64,000 nt of DNA, from contig JBEGVZ010000085.1 in NCBI GenBank assembly GCA_041178085.1, positions 32,001 through 96,000 on the forward strand, written 5' to 3'. This DNA is from Pseudomonadota bacterium. GTDB lineage: Bacteria > Bdellovibrionota_B > Oligoflexia > Oligoflexales > RGVZ01. The notes beneath the pieces were generated by a model. That model had not been told where the DNA came from, made no database searches, and saw only the letters and a list, made by a program, of their open reading frames with translations. Below are positions 19,265 to 28,195 of the stretch, one piece after another. The position numbers were made by a program, and so were the translations under genes. Each line of letters starts with the position of its first letter. Within the stretch, counting starts at the first letter, position 1.

Positions 19265-20449
19265 TGATGAATCAAGTGGCTTGAAGTTGCGCTTGTCGTG
19301 ATCGGAATAAAAGCGCGTCGCATTGCCGCTCGTGGTGGTCCTGCTCTCATGGAACGGATAACGGATGAGCGCTTCAAGACCCGGGCGGAACTGGTTCCAG
19401 TAGCCATCCATTTTTGCCGGGTGAGTTGTTTCCAGCTCGAGTGTGATGGTTGGAATGTTTCGTTCATTGCCAGCGTAGTTACCGAGCGAACCTGGGTAGA
19501 AAGAATAGTCAACGATCCGGTAATTTTTGGAGCTTTCGGAAATGGCTCGGACAAGACGTTTGGCCTTGGCTTCACTGTTGGTCAGGGCACGCGGCATCTG
19601 GTCCCCAGGACCGTCATAGTCAAGGAACCCAAGCGGCGCGTGGATTGACAGAATCTTGTCTGGATCGAATTCATCGATCATCTGGATCTGGAAGATGGTT
19701 TCTATCTCGGAGTTGGGGAAATAACCGGGGAAGTGGCTAGGGCTTTTTTGCCGGCGTTCCTCCCACCAGTGCTTGGCCCGAGGATACCAGTCCGCCGTGA
19801 AGAAATTGCGGTTCAGGTCGACGCCCCACTTGTTGGTCCTGGTCGGGATTGAACTAGGCTTGTCCTTGACCCGCAGAAAGCCATCCGGATTCACCAGCGG
19901 GGCGACGACGACGTGGATACCCTGGTTCGCGTAAAGTTCCGGCTTCTCGTGGAGCAGTCGCGCAAAGCGGAAGGCGATCGGAATGGGTGTCAGCTCGTCA
20001 GGATGAACGCCGCCCAGAAGCAGGGTCGTTTCCTCGCCAGAGCCGAACTCAGCGTAAATCAGCGGGCGCCCATCGTGTGAGTTGATGCCGGCTTTCCACG
20101 CAATGCTGCCGCACGGGTTTTGTTCCCAGCCGTATCTTTTGAACACCACGCCAAGGTCCGCGCACAGGCGGGCGATCGAGGTTTTGTCTTTTTGTGGATC
20201 GAACAGGAATGACTTGAGCTGACCTGGGGTAATGATTGGCAAGGGGGCAAAGGCCAGGCCCACTGGAAGTTCAGCAAAGGAGCTTGATTCAAAGCTTGCT
20301 GCGCGCGAAGTTGAGCCAGGAAAAGCCCACGCGGCCAGCAGGCTTGCCGCCAGACTCAGCGCCTTCAGGGCGAGACGTCTTGCGTTCAAGCGGCAGGGCG
20401 AAGTGCTCCTGACCGGTTTTTTCGTAACAGTGGCCGCAGTAGATCGCAT
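19256..20449 (-). CDS. M14 zinc carboxypeptidase, murein peptide amidase MpaA-like, exported
   Basis: GGVHPDE, NPDG, VDLNRNF, SIH, PGSLG, ITLEL. The start may be TTG 20389. Confidence 0.85.
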   Translation of the reverse strand: MRSTAATVTKKPVRSTSPCRLNARRLALKALSLAASLLAAWAFPGSTSRAASFESSSFAELPVGLAFAPLPIITPGQLKSFLFDPQKDKTSIARLCADLGVVFKRYGWEQNPCGSIAWKAGINSHDGRPLIYAEFGSGEETTLLLGGVHPDELTPIPIAFRFARLLHEKPELYANQGIHVVVAPLVNPDGFLRVKDKPSSIPTRTNKWGVDLNRNFFTADWYPRAKHWWEERRQKSPSHFPGYFPNSEIETIFQIQMIDEFDPDKILSIHAPLGFLDYDGPGDQMPRALTNSEAKAKRLVRAISESSKNYRIVDYSFYPGSLGNYAGNERNIPTITLELETTHPAKMDGYWNQFRPGLEALIRYPFHESRTTTSGNATRFYSDHDKRNFKPLDSSSI

Positions 20450-21017
20450 GTCGCAACTTTTTCCTTACGTACCAGCGATTTTGGCAGTTTGGACAACTGT
20501 AAATGTATTTCGCCTCGGGCGCCAGCCTCCGATGGACGTGGACCGCCTGGTCGACAGGAAGGCCCGTGGCGCGGAACTCGTTCATTTTGGCATAAAAGCG
20601 CCTCGTGTGTCCCGGGTCGAGCATGCAGTCGTAAAGCCAAATGTGAGTCAGCTCGTGAAACAGAGTGTACGGCAGGAGCCTGGGGTCCTTGGCGAAATAA
20701 TTCAGGTTTAACTTGATCTTGCGCTCGAAAAGATACGCCAGCCCAAGTTTTTGTTTCATCTTGCCGTTGAATTCTATGACAACGCCCGGCAAGAGGCTGC
20801 CCTCTTCGCAGTTCCGGAAAAATGGCATGAAGCGGACGTAGTAGTCGTAGGCAAAGGCCTCGAGTTCGGCCCGCCCGATTTGTCGCGAGGCAGCAGGTGC
20901 GACGTTTAGTAGTGGATGGAACCACTGTGGTTTTACCGTCGGGGCAAAGCCTTCGCCTGCGGCCGCTACGGCGCCGTGGGGCAATTCTAGAGAAAAGTCC
21001 GTGCTGTCGCGGGTCAT
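20289..21017 (-). CDS. SprT-like metalloprotease domain protein
   Basis: FNGKMKQKLGLA, TLFHELTH (HExxH), PGH..F, C-terminal CPNC..CGHC zinc ribbon. Confidence 0.88.
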   Translation of the reverse strand: MTRDSTDFSLELPHGAVAAAGEGFAPTVKPQWFHPLLNVAPAASRQIGRAELEAFAYDYYVRFMPFFRNCEEGSLLPGVVIEFNGKMKQKLGLAYLFERKIKLNLNYFAKDPRLLPYTLFHELTHIWLYDCMLDPGHTRRFYAKMNEFRATGLPVDQAVHVHRRLAPEAKYIYSCPNCQNRWYVRKKLRHAIYCGHCYEKTGQEHFALPLERKTSRPEGAESGGKPAGRVGFSWLNFARSKL

Positions 21018-21026
21018 CCCCGAAGC

Positions 21027-23189
21027 CTAACACGACCCGGAAAAAACAGGCCTGCCAAAATGAAGGCCGTTCCAAACAGGGCGGTTTGCCCGGCCGATTG
21101 GACGAACGTCAATTTTAGTGCCGAACCCCGCCTCTATATCATGAAGAAGGTTGGTGGAAGCTGTGACCAGGCGCAGCATTGGCCATTGCTCCAGCCAGCC
21201 TGAGACCGCCTCGCTGGCGGCTGCTGAGGGGTGGGAACCGGCCGTGACAAGTCCCACACTGAGCTGGGGACCGAATGCAGCAGGCACCGGCCCGTCATGA
21301 ACAGACAGCGCAGCGATTCCGGGGGCTGGAGTCGCTAGTCCACGGCTCAGTAGACCTGACGCATGAAGGGGTGACAGAGCCTCCCGCCAAAAGCGCCACC
21401 AGGAAGTTTCCATGAGTCGGGCGCAAACTTGTTCGACTTCTGATTTACCTGTTCCCTGCGGCACAACGATTCCAAGCATGCGGCTGGCCATGCACCCGTC
21501 TTGCATCAGGGCGCAGGTATCGGCAAGGATCTGGTCCATCAGGTCAGGAAGTTCCGCCCACGTCACGATGCTTGCGGTAAGGGCTCCCCCGTGACCGGCG
21601 ACATGAAGCGATGGCCCGGCAGCCCTTCGGATTTCCTCTACCGTCTGGTCGTCGCCGAAAACAAGCAGGGCGGCAAATCCGGGCAGGCCTTCTGCACCGA
21701 TGCGGAAGCTTGAATCCACGGTGTCGATCTGCCAGCCAGCAGTCGCCAGGCGGCGAAGGAGCCTTCGCGTGAAAGAATCTTGTCGTTCCTGCCCCTTTGG
21801 CAGGCGCACGGTCGGCTCCAAGCCTGCCGCAAGAGCCAGCGTGAGGGGCATCGGCAGGGCCATGGGATGCGTGTTTGGGGGGATGAGCAGCAGGCGAGGC
21901 GGCTGGCCTTGAACGCTGGCATGACGTGAGATGTCGAGCGCGCCCGACCTGTGGACGGCAGCCGCCAATATGTCCGGGGTCAGCGTTTTGAGTCCCCCGA
22001 GGGCGTCTTCCAAGGCGAGCTGGGCTGCCCGCGTCGAGCCAATTTCCCGCGACAGTGATTCAATTGCCTCGGGTGACTCCAGAAAGCTGACCAGTGCTCC
22101 GACAATTCCGTGAGACCGGATCCTCACCGGACGCCGGGTTAGAGTGTGATATTCCAAATGGCTTTGCGGCTGCGGCGGGGCGACGATTTTCGCTCTGACT
22201 TCTTCCGCCATCAGGGAACACCCTTTCAAGGGAGCCATTCTGGCGCGCCCAAGAAGAGAAAAAGTTCCGTTATTATAGATCGTTACAACGTCTTCTGTGA
22301 TGACCGGCGCAGGCAGGTCAATCCGGTTCAGGTCGACAATTCCAAGCAGGCCCGTTCCGGTGAGGCCGCCTTCGTAGCAAAGCCCTCCGGCGTCCCGGCG
22401 GACATTATTGACGACGAAAGGTATCGCGCCCCTTTGAAAGGTGAGCCGACGTTCATCGCCGGAAAAGGCGGTGTAGGCCGCCGAAGCCAACTCACTCATG
22501 CCGTATTCGGAGATAACGGACTTCTCCGGAATACCAAAGCCGCGGGCAAGGGCTTCCACCAGCCACGCCTCGCTAACGTCTCGAGTTTTGCCTTTGGTGC
22601 CGCCAGTGAAGATCACGAAACTACCCTTAGGCAGGCGCGGCAGCCGGCCCCGGTCAAGCAGGGGGATCAGGTGGAACGCCGTGCCGAAGACCCAAAGTGG
22701 CCTCTCCCCCAGGACTTTCATGGCAAGGGCAAGGCCGGCGTCCTCTTCTGGCCGGCAGTAGGCGACCTGTGTTTTTTCGCCCAACCAGTGGACCATTGCC
22801 GCAAGGCTGCTCGTTGGCCATTCTTGCGGCGGAGGGACCAGGCTGATGCCGGGCAGCTTCTGGCCGGCTCCCTCAGGCAGGTCGCCAAGCCGTTCCAGGG
22901 CCGAAAAAAAACCCGAGGCGATGGCTTCGCGATAGGCTGCAAGCCCCCCATCACTGAAACGCGATTTTGAACGACCCTGGGCGCTGGTACCGCTGGATTC
23001 AAAGACCTTTGCAGAAGCCACTGGGCCAAGGTCCAAAACCCTGAAACCATTTATCTTTATGCCCCACAACAGACCTTCAAGTCCGGTCACCGTCAGACGC
23101 GGCAAATCGTCGTGGATGGCCACCGTCCCCTTGGCACCATGGCGGACAAGGAATTCTGCGGGCAGATAAGGTTTGTCGTAGGTTGGCAT
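21027..23189 (-). CDS. Fused LuxE-like acyl-protein synthetase and LuxC-like acyl reductase
   Basis: N-half has FESSGTS, GTAFHL, TGGTKG, SEYGMSEL, ITED and LLGR..LKGCSL (LuxE). C-half has FGDDQTVEEIR, GHG..SIV and QDGCMAS (LuxC). Start moved to ATG 23189. Confidence 0.72.
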   Translation of the reverse strand: MPTYDKPYLPAEFLVRHGAKGTVAIHDDLPRLTVTGLEGLLWGIKINGFRVLDLGPVASAKVFESSGTSAQGRSKSRFSDGGLAAYREAIASGFFSALERLGDLPEGAGQKLPGISLVPPPQEWPTSSLAAMVHWLGEKTQVAYCRPEEDAGLALAMKVLGERPLWVFGTAFHLIPLLDRGRLPRLPKGSFVIFTGGTKGKTRDVSEAWLVEALARGFGIPEKSVISEYGMSELASAAYTAFSGDERRLTFQRGAIPFVVNNVRRDAGGLCYEGGLTGTGLLGIVDLNRIDLPAPVITEDVVTIYNNGTFSLLGRARMAPLKGCSLMAEEVRAKIVAPPQPQSHLEYHTLTRRPVRIRSHGIVGALVSFLESPEAIESLSREIGSTRAAQLALEDALGGLKTLTPDILAAAVHRSGALDISRHASVQGQPPRLLLIPPNTHPMALPMPLTLALAAGLEPTVRLPKGQERQDSFTRRLLRRLATAGWQIDTVDSSFRIGAEGLPGFAALLVFGDDQTVEEIRRAAGPSLHVAGHGGALTASIVTWAELPDLMDQILADTCALMQDGCMASRMLGIVVPQGTGKSEVEQVCARLMETSWWRFWREALSPLHASGLLSRGLATPAPGIAALSVHDGPVPAAFGPQLSVGLVTAGSHPSAAASEAVSGWLEQWPMLRLVTASTNLLHDIEAGFGTKIDVRPIGRANRPVWNGLHFGRPVFSGSC

Positions 23190-23214
23190 AGGGGTTATAA
23201 AAGTTGGATTACCT

Positions 23215-24114
23215 ATGAGCAGCGAATACTTTGTAAAACTTGACCATTTCGAAGGTCCGCTTGACCTTCTGCTGCACCTTATCCGTGTGCATGAAATCGA
23301 TATTTTCGACATCGACATCTTCAAGTTGTCGACGGAATACCTTAATTACCTCAGGCTGCTCAACTTCGACGACCTTGGCGACGCCGGCGCTTTTATTGAG
23401 ATGGCGGCAACTCTGATCGAAATCAAGTCCCGGATGCTTCTACCCCAGGACGAGCGCAAGGTCACCAACGAGGACGGCGAAGAAGAAGATCCCGTCCAGG
23501 CCCTGCAGCAACGCCTGATCCAGTACGAGGCCATTCGCAAGGCGGCAGCTGCGCTTGCCCTGCGCCCCCAGGTGGGCGTTGAAATCCAGACCAACTGGGA
23601 ATGGCGCCGCCTGGAAGAAGTGTTCAAGGATGTGGAGGCACCCCTCAAGGGCGACGCCGCGATGCTCGTTGTCCTTTACGAGCAAATGCTCCAGTCGCTC
23701 GGTGATCGCAAGGTGACGCGCGTTCAGGCGCAGCGCCACATGGTCAGCCTTGAAGAGACGATCGAAAAAATGGCGAAGGAAGTGGAAGTTCTTCGCTTTG
23801 CGTTGTTCCAAGGTTTCTACAACCGCTTCCAGTCGCGTTATGAGCTGGTGGTCCATATCCTTGCCGTTCTTGAACTTGCTCGTCAGTTCAAGATGAAGTT
23901 TTACCAGCAGGATTTGATGGGCCCTCTGTGGATTTATCAAACCGATTGCAACGAAGCCGACTTGCCGTTTCACGAGCAGAACGTGCAGCAAACAGGGCGC
24001 GGCTTTGCCGTGCCGTTGATGGAAGATGAATCACGCGCAAGCGAACAAGGGACCGACATCGATCTGACGGTGCTTCCGGCGATTGATGTGCCAGGCGGGG
24101 AGGTCAGCCAGTGA
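23215..24114 (+). CDS. scpA: Segregation and condensation protein A
   Basis: FEGPLDLLLHLI, MAATLIEIKSRMLLP, LAVLEL. Confidence 0.95.
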   Translation: MSSEYFVKLDHFEGPLDLLLHLIRVHEIDIFDIDIFKLSTEYLNYLRLLNFDDLGDAGAFIEMAATLIEIKSRMLLPQDERKVTNEDGEEEDPVQALQQRLIQYEAIRKAAAALALRPQVGVEIQTNWEWRRLEEVFKDVEAPLKGDAAMLVVLYEQMLQSLGDRKVTRVQAQRHMVSLEETIEKMAKEVEVLRFALFQGFYNRFQSRYELVVHILAVLELARQFKMKFYQQDLMGPLWIYQTDCNEADLPFHEQNVQQTGRGFAVPLMEDESRASEQGTDIDLTVLPAIDVPGGEVSQ

Positions 24115-25022
24115 ACGAAATAGAACACACAATTGAGCCGTCGCAAGCGGAAGAAACTCCCGTGGAATCGACGAAGGTAGATGGACCTGCGATCGAAACC
24201 GCGGCCTCTGCCGAGGATAACCTTGAGCAAAGCAGCCTTCCCCTTGCCGAGGGCCTGCGTCTGGACGCCAAGATCGAGGCCGTGATCTTTGCTTCGCAAA
24301 AGCCAGTCAAGACGATGGAGATTTTTGAACTGGTGAAAAACCCTGTCGTTGCGCCAGATGACGGTGGCGACGGCGAGGAAAACAGCTCCGAAACGGAATC
24401 TTTTTTTGCTGAACTGGAGAAAGCTCCAGAAGTGACGCTAAAGGACGTTCAAGAGTGCCTGACCCAGTTGACGGAATATTACCGGGACAGGGCCGGTGGA
24501 TTCACCCTGCGCTACACCAAGGGCCTTGGCTATCAGTTTCAGACGGTTCCAGCGGCAGCACCTGTTCTGGAACGGCAGTTTGCCCAACGCCCTCGTCCGA
24601 TCAGCCGCGCAGCCCTTGAGACTCTTGCCATCATCGCTTATCGCCAACCCGTCACCCGCGCCGAAGTGGAATACATCCGCGGAGTTGACGCGGGCAGCAT
24701 CATCAAAAACCTGCTTGAGCGGGATCTCATCGCCTGCACGGGCCGCAAGGAAATCGCTGGCCGTCCGATGGTATTTGGTACCACTGCGGAGTTTTTGAAG
24801 GTATTTCAACTCTCCAGCCCGAAGGACTTGCCGCCGCTTGAGTCCTTCCAGCCGTCCCATGAGGCGCTGACCAAGGCACTCGAAAAACTCGAGCAGGGCG
24901 AACAACAAGTGGACGTCGAGGGCTTCATCGGTGACGAAGCAAGTGGAGAAAATCCGGATCCAGAAATGGCTCTCCCAGTTGGAGATATGCTCCCGCCGGG
25001 AAGCGGAGAAGTGGATCTCTGA
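24111..25022 (+). CDS. scpB: Segregation and condensation protein B
   Basis: IEAVIFAS, SRAALETLAIIAYRQPVTRAEVEYIRGV, GRP..FGTT..FL. Confidence 0.95.
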   Translation: MNEIEHTIEPSQAEETPVESTKVDGPAIETAASAEDNLEQSSLPLAEGLRLDAKIEAVIFASQKPVKTMEIFELVKNPVVAPDDGGDGEENSSETESFFAELEKAPEVTLKDVQECLTQLTEYYRDRAGGFTLRYTKGLGYQFQTVPAAAPVLERQFAQRPRPISRAALETLAIIAYRQPVTRAEVEYIRGVDAGSIIKNLLERDLIACTGRKEIAGRPMVFGTTAEFLKVFQLSSPKDLPPLESFQPSHEALTKALEKLEQGEQQVDVEGFIGDEASGENPDPEMALPVGDMLPPGSGEVDL

Positions 25023-25743
25023 GGGGCGGGTTGAGGTCAACGGCCGTACGGTCAGGGATCTAGCCACGCGGGTTGACCCGGCAACGGACAAACTGGTTGT
25101 CGATGGCAAACCGGTGAAGACGGCGGCAGCCTCCGCACGCGTTTCGACAGCGCCTCTTGTTTACTGGCTGTTTCATAAACCGGCGGGCTATTCCCTGGAA
25201 AAAAAACCAGGTGTACCTGATATCTTCGCGTTGCCACGCCTGAAGAAGCTCAAGTTCAAGGTTTCGCCAGCAACGGCCCTGCCAAAAAACGCAGAGGGGC
25301 TTTGCTTGCTCTCAAACGACCTCGAATTCGTTCGTGGCTTTCGTTTGTGCGAAGACAGCGAACAGGTTGTCCTGCTCATGATTGATCGCCGCCTTGAAGA
25401 CGAAGAGATGCGCGCTTTTGCGGATGAAAAAGAGGCCGGCAGCAAACGCCCTGCGCTCAAAGTCGAATACCGGCACAAGGCAAAACTGGGCGCCACCACA
25501 GGTTACTGGTATTTCATCCAGGGAAAAGTTCCGGGATTGCGCAAGCGGATCGACAAAACTCTCCTGACGCTCAAGGCAAAGACCCACAAATACGTTCAGC
25601 TTTCGCTTGCCGGAATGGAGCTGCCTGAAACTCTCAAGCCAGGTGAGTACATTCAACTTGCTGGATCCGAGATCCGTCGCCTCAAGCGGCAGATCAGAAA
25701 AAATCAGGAAAGCCCGGAAGAAAAAAGCACCAAGAGGACCTGA
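24931..25743 (+). CDS. S4-domain RsuA/RluB-family pseudouridine synthase-like protein with degenerate catalytic motif
   Basis: S4 domain RIQKWL..SRREAEKWISEGRVEVNG; FHKPAGY; EGLCLLSND; LKPGEY; canonical position after scpB. GRLD is replaced by TALP. Confidence 0.8.
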   Translation: MTKQVEKIRIQKWLSQLEICSRREAEKWISEGRVEVNGRTVRDLATRVDPATDKLVVDGKPVKTAAASARVSTAPLVYWLFHKPAGYSLEKKPGVPDIFALPRLKKLKFKVSPATALPKNAEGLCLLSNDLEFVRGFRLCEDSEQVVLLMIDRRLEDEEMRAFADEKEAGSKRPALKVEYRHKAKLGATTGYWYFIQGKVPGLRKRIDKTLLTLKAKTHKYVQLSLAGMELPETLKPGEYIQLAGSEIRRLKRQIRKNQESPEEKSTKRT

Positions 25744-25746
25744 GCC

Positions 25747-26724
25747 ATGAAACTTGCGACCCTGAAAGACGGAACCCGCGACGGCCAGCTGGTCGTCGTC
25801 AGCCGCGACAACCTTCGCTGCATGCCGGTAACTTCTGTGTGCAAGTCCCTGCAGGCCGCCCTTGATGACTGGGACGCGAAGGCGCCAGAACTTGAAAAGA
25901 TCTACCGTCATCTCAACGACGACGGCAAGGCGGGCCAGGCTTTCGATGCTACGAAAGCGCTTTCTCCCCTTCCGCGCGCCTACGAATGGATCGATGGCTC
26001 TGCCTACATCAACCATGTGGTCCTTGTTCGCAAGGCGCGGGGTGCGGAACCTCCCGAGACGCTACGGACGGATCCACTGGTTTATCAGGGCGGATCGGGA
26101 ACTTTCCTGGCACCAAATCAAGATATTCCGCTGGCAGATGCAGCCTGGGGTCTCGATTTTGAATCAGAAGTTTGTGTGGTTCTGGGCGACACCCCTCAGG
26201 GAACCAAAGCTTCAGAGGCTGGCAAGTACGTGCGGTTGCTGATGATTTGTAACGACGTCTCACTGCGCAACCTGATCCCTGGGGAACTGGCCAAGGGATT
26301 TGGCTTTTTTACCAGCAAGCCGTCTTCAGCTTTTGCGCCGATTGCAGTCACGCCAGATGAAATTGGGCCGGCGTGGAAAGATGGCCGGATCCACCTGCCT
26401 CTTAACACGTGGCTCAACGGGAACCTTTTCGGAAACCCGGAGGCGGGTCCCGAGATGCACTTTTCTTTTTTTGATTTGATCCAACACATCACCAAGACGC
26501 GTGCCTACACGGCCGGGACGATCCTCGGTTCAGGAACAGTGTCCAATGAAGATCGCTCGAAGGGATCTTCATGCCTGGCCGAGCGCAGAATGATTGAGCA
26601 AATTGATTCCGGAAAGGCAACGACGCCCTTCATGAAGTCAGGTGACCGGGTCGAGATCGAAATGTTTGACGCAAAGGGTCAGTCTGTTTTCGGGAGGATC
26701 TCCCAGAAAGTAAGTGCAAAATGA
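25747..26724 (+). CDS. Fumarylacetoacetate hydrolase family protein
   Basis: MKLATLKDGTRDG, DGSAY, DFESE, NDVSLR, GTILGSGTVS. Confidence 0.93.
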   Translation: MKLATLKDGTRDGQLVVVSRDNLRCMPVTSVCKSLQAALDDWDAKAPELEKIYRHLNDDGKAGQAFDATKALSPLPRAYEWIDGSAYINHVVLVRKARGAEPPETLRTDPLVYQGGSGTFLAPNQDIPLADAAWGLDFESEVCVVLGDTPQGTKASEAGKYVRLLMICNDVSLRNLIPGELAKGFGFFTSKPSSAFAPIAVTPDEIGPAWKDGRIHLPLNTWLNGNLFGNPEAGPEMHFSFFDLIQHITKTRAYTAGTILGSGTVSNEDRSKGSSCLAERRMIEQIDSGKATTPFMKSGDRVEIEMFDAKGQSVFGRISQKVSAK

Positions 26725-27398
26725 AGACAAGGTCCTGGTCATTTTTGGTGGCAGTCTTCATGTCCGTTCTGCCTACACTGGAAAGTGCAGAGGCAGCGCG
26801 AATCATCGCCGTTGAAAAGGCGCGCGTTGAAGCACCGGCAGCAGAATCCGCGGCTGACGCCTCCAGCTCTGGCACCAGCGCTTTCATGGAAAAGGTTGGC
26901 GACGCCGTCGAGCCGCTGCGGCAATTTGAATACTCGGCCTTGGTCGGCTTTGGTGATAGCGGCTTGCACGGCGGGATCACAGTTGGTTACCCCATGGGTC
27001 CTTACGTGCTAATTGATAGCAGTGGCTTTTATGCGCGGCAGACAGACCCTGCCCGCGGCCGCAATAATCGTTACGGCATCGGCGCCGACTTGACACTTCG
27101 TCTGGCCAACCGGACGGGACTTGTCGTTCCAGTCGGAGGGACAGGTGTCGGCTTTGAGCGTTGGGACCAATACCTGACAGAGGGTGTCGAGGAGTCGGTT
27201 ACGGGCCACGACGACAGTTCGACGGTCTCCCATTTCGCAGGACTGCACATCAAGTTGAATGATCACATGCAGCTACGGTGGATGACTCGTTGGCTGACAT
27301 GGCTGGACAATCCGCCGCGTGACCTGGCGACCCGTTTTGCCACCCGCCTTCCCCGCCATGAACGGCGGATGGAAGTGGGAGTCGGCGTGATCTTCTAG
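26721..27398 (+). CDS. Hypothetical exported beta-barrel protein
   Basis: Signal peptide; amphipathic strands; C-terminal VGVGVIF (terminal Phe). Confidence 0.55.
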   Translation: MKTRSWSFLVAVFMSVLPTLESAEAARIIAVEKARVEAPAAESAADASSSGTSAFMEKVGDAVEPLRQFEYSALVGFGDSGLHGGITVGYPMGPYVLIDSSGFYARQTDPARGRNNRYGIGADLTLRLANRTGLVVPVGGTGVGFERWDQYLTEGVEESVTGHDDSSTVSHFAGLHIKLNDHMQLRWMTRWLTWLDNPPRDLATRFATRLPRHERRMEVGVGVIF

Positions 27399-27424
27399 GC
27401 TAGATAATTCAAGCAAGACACAGC

Positions 27425-28195
27425 TTAGTCTCTTCTGTGAACCTTGTGCACGCCCGCCTGATCTACCGGCATCAGAACAACCTGGTCGATGTTGACATGG
27501 GCGGGACGAGAGGCGGCAAACCAGATGCACTCGGCGATGTCGTTTGCAGTGAGAGGCGTCATGCCGCGGTACACCGCAGACGCTTTTTCTGCGTCCCCGC
27601 CAAAACGAACGCGGCTGAAATCTGTTTCCACCATGCCGGGATCGATAGATGTCACGCGGATCGGCGTGCCGTTTAGCTCAAGGCGCAAGGTTTTGGTGAC
27701 AGCGTTCAATGCGTGCTTGGAGGCCGTATAGATGCTGCCGCCTTCGTAAACCCAAAATCCGGCAACGGATCCCATGTTGATGACGTGCCCGTAGTTTTTT
27801 TCGATCATGCCTGGGATAAATGCCCTGAGGACGGAAACAGCGCCCTTCACATTCGTATCGATCATTTGATCGATCTCGTCATCGCTGACCTGGGCAAGGC
27901 GCGCTGTTCCGATGGCAAGGCCAGCGTTATTCACCAGTGCATCGACCCCATGATCAAAGGCATCGCGCACCTCGGTTGCAAACCGGGCGACGGATTCCCT
28001 CTTTGTGACATCAAGGTGGCCTGTGAAAACATTTGGTGCGCCAAGGGACTTCAGTTTGGGCGTCATTTCCGCAAGGAGATCGGTGCGTCGTGCACCGAGC
28101 GCAAGTGCCCAGCCATTGCGGGCAAAAATCTCCGCGGTGGCGGCACCGATTCCGGAGCTGGCCCCGGTGATGCAGGCAACGCGGAGGGTCGTCAT
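27425..28195 (-). CDS. SDR family NADP-dependent oxidoreductase (YdfG-like)
   Basis: TGASSGIG, LVNNAG, YTASK, DPGMVETDF, PAHVNI. Confidence 0.93.
   Translation of the reverse strand: MTTLRVACITGASSGIGAATAEIFARNGWALALGARRTDLLAEMTPKLKSLGAPNVFTGHLDVTKRESVARFATEVRDAFDHGVDALVNNAGLAIGTARLAQVSDDEIDQMIDTNVKGAVSVLRAFIPGMIEKNYGHVINMGSVAGFWVYEGGSIYTASKHALNAVTKTLRLELNGTPIRVTSIDPGMVETDFSRVRFGGDAEKASAVYRGMTPLTANDIAECIWFAASRPAHVNIDQVVLMPVDQAGVHKVHRRD

Noticed and set aside
21027..23189. Bioluminescence operon
   Set aside because: No luxA, luxB, luxD or luxG homologs in the window.
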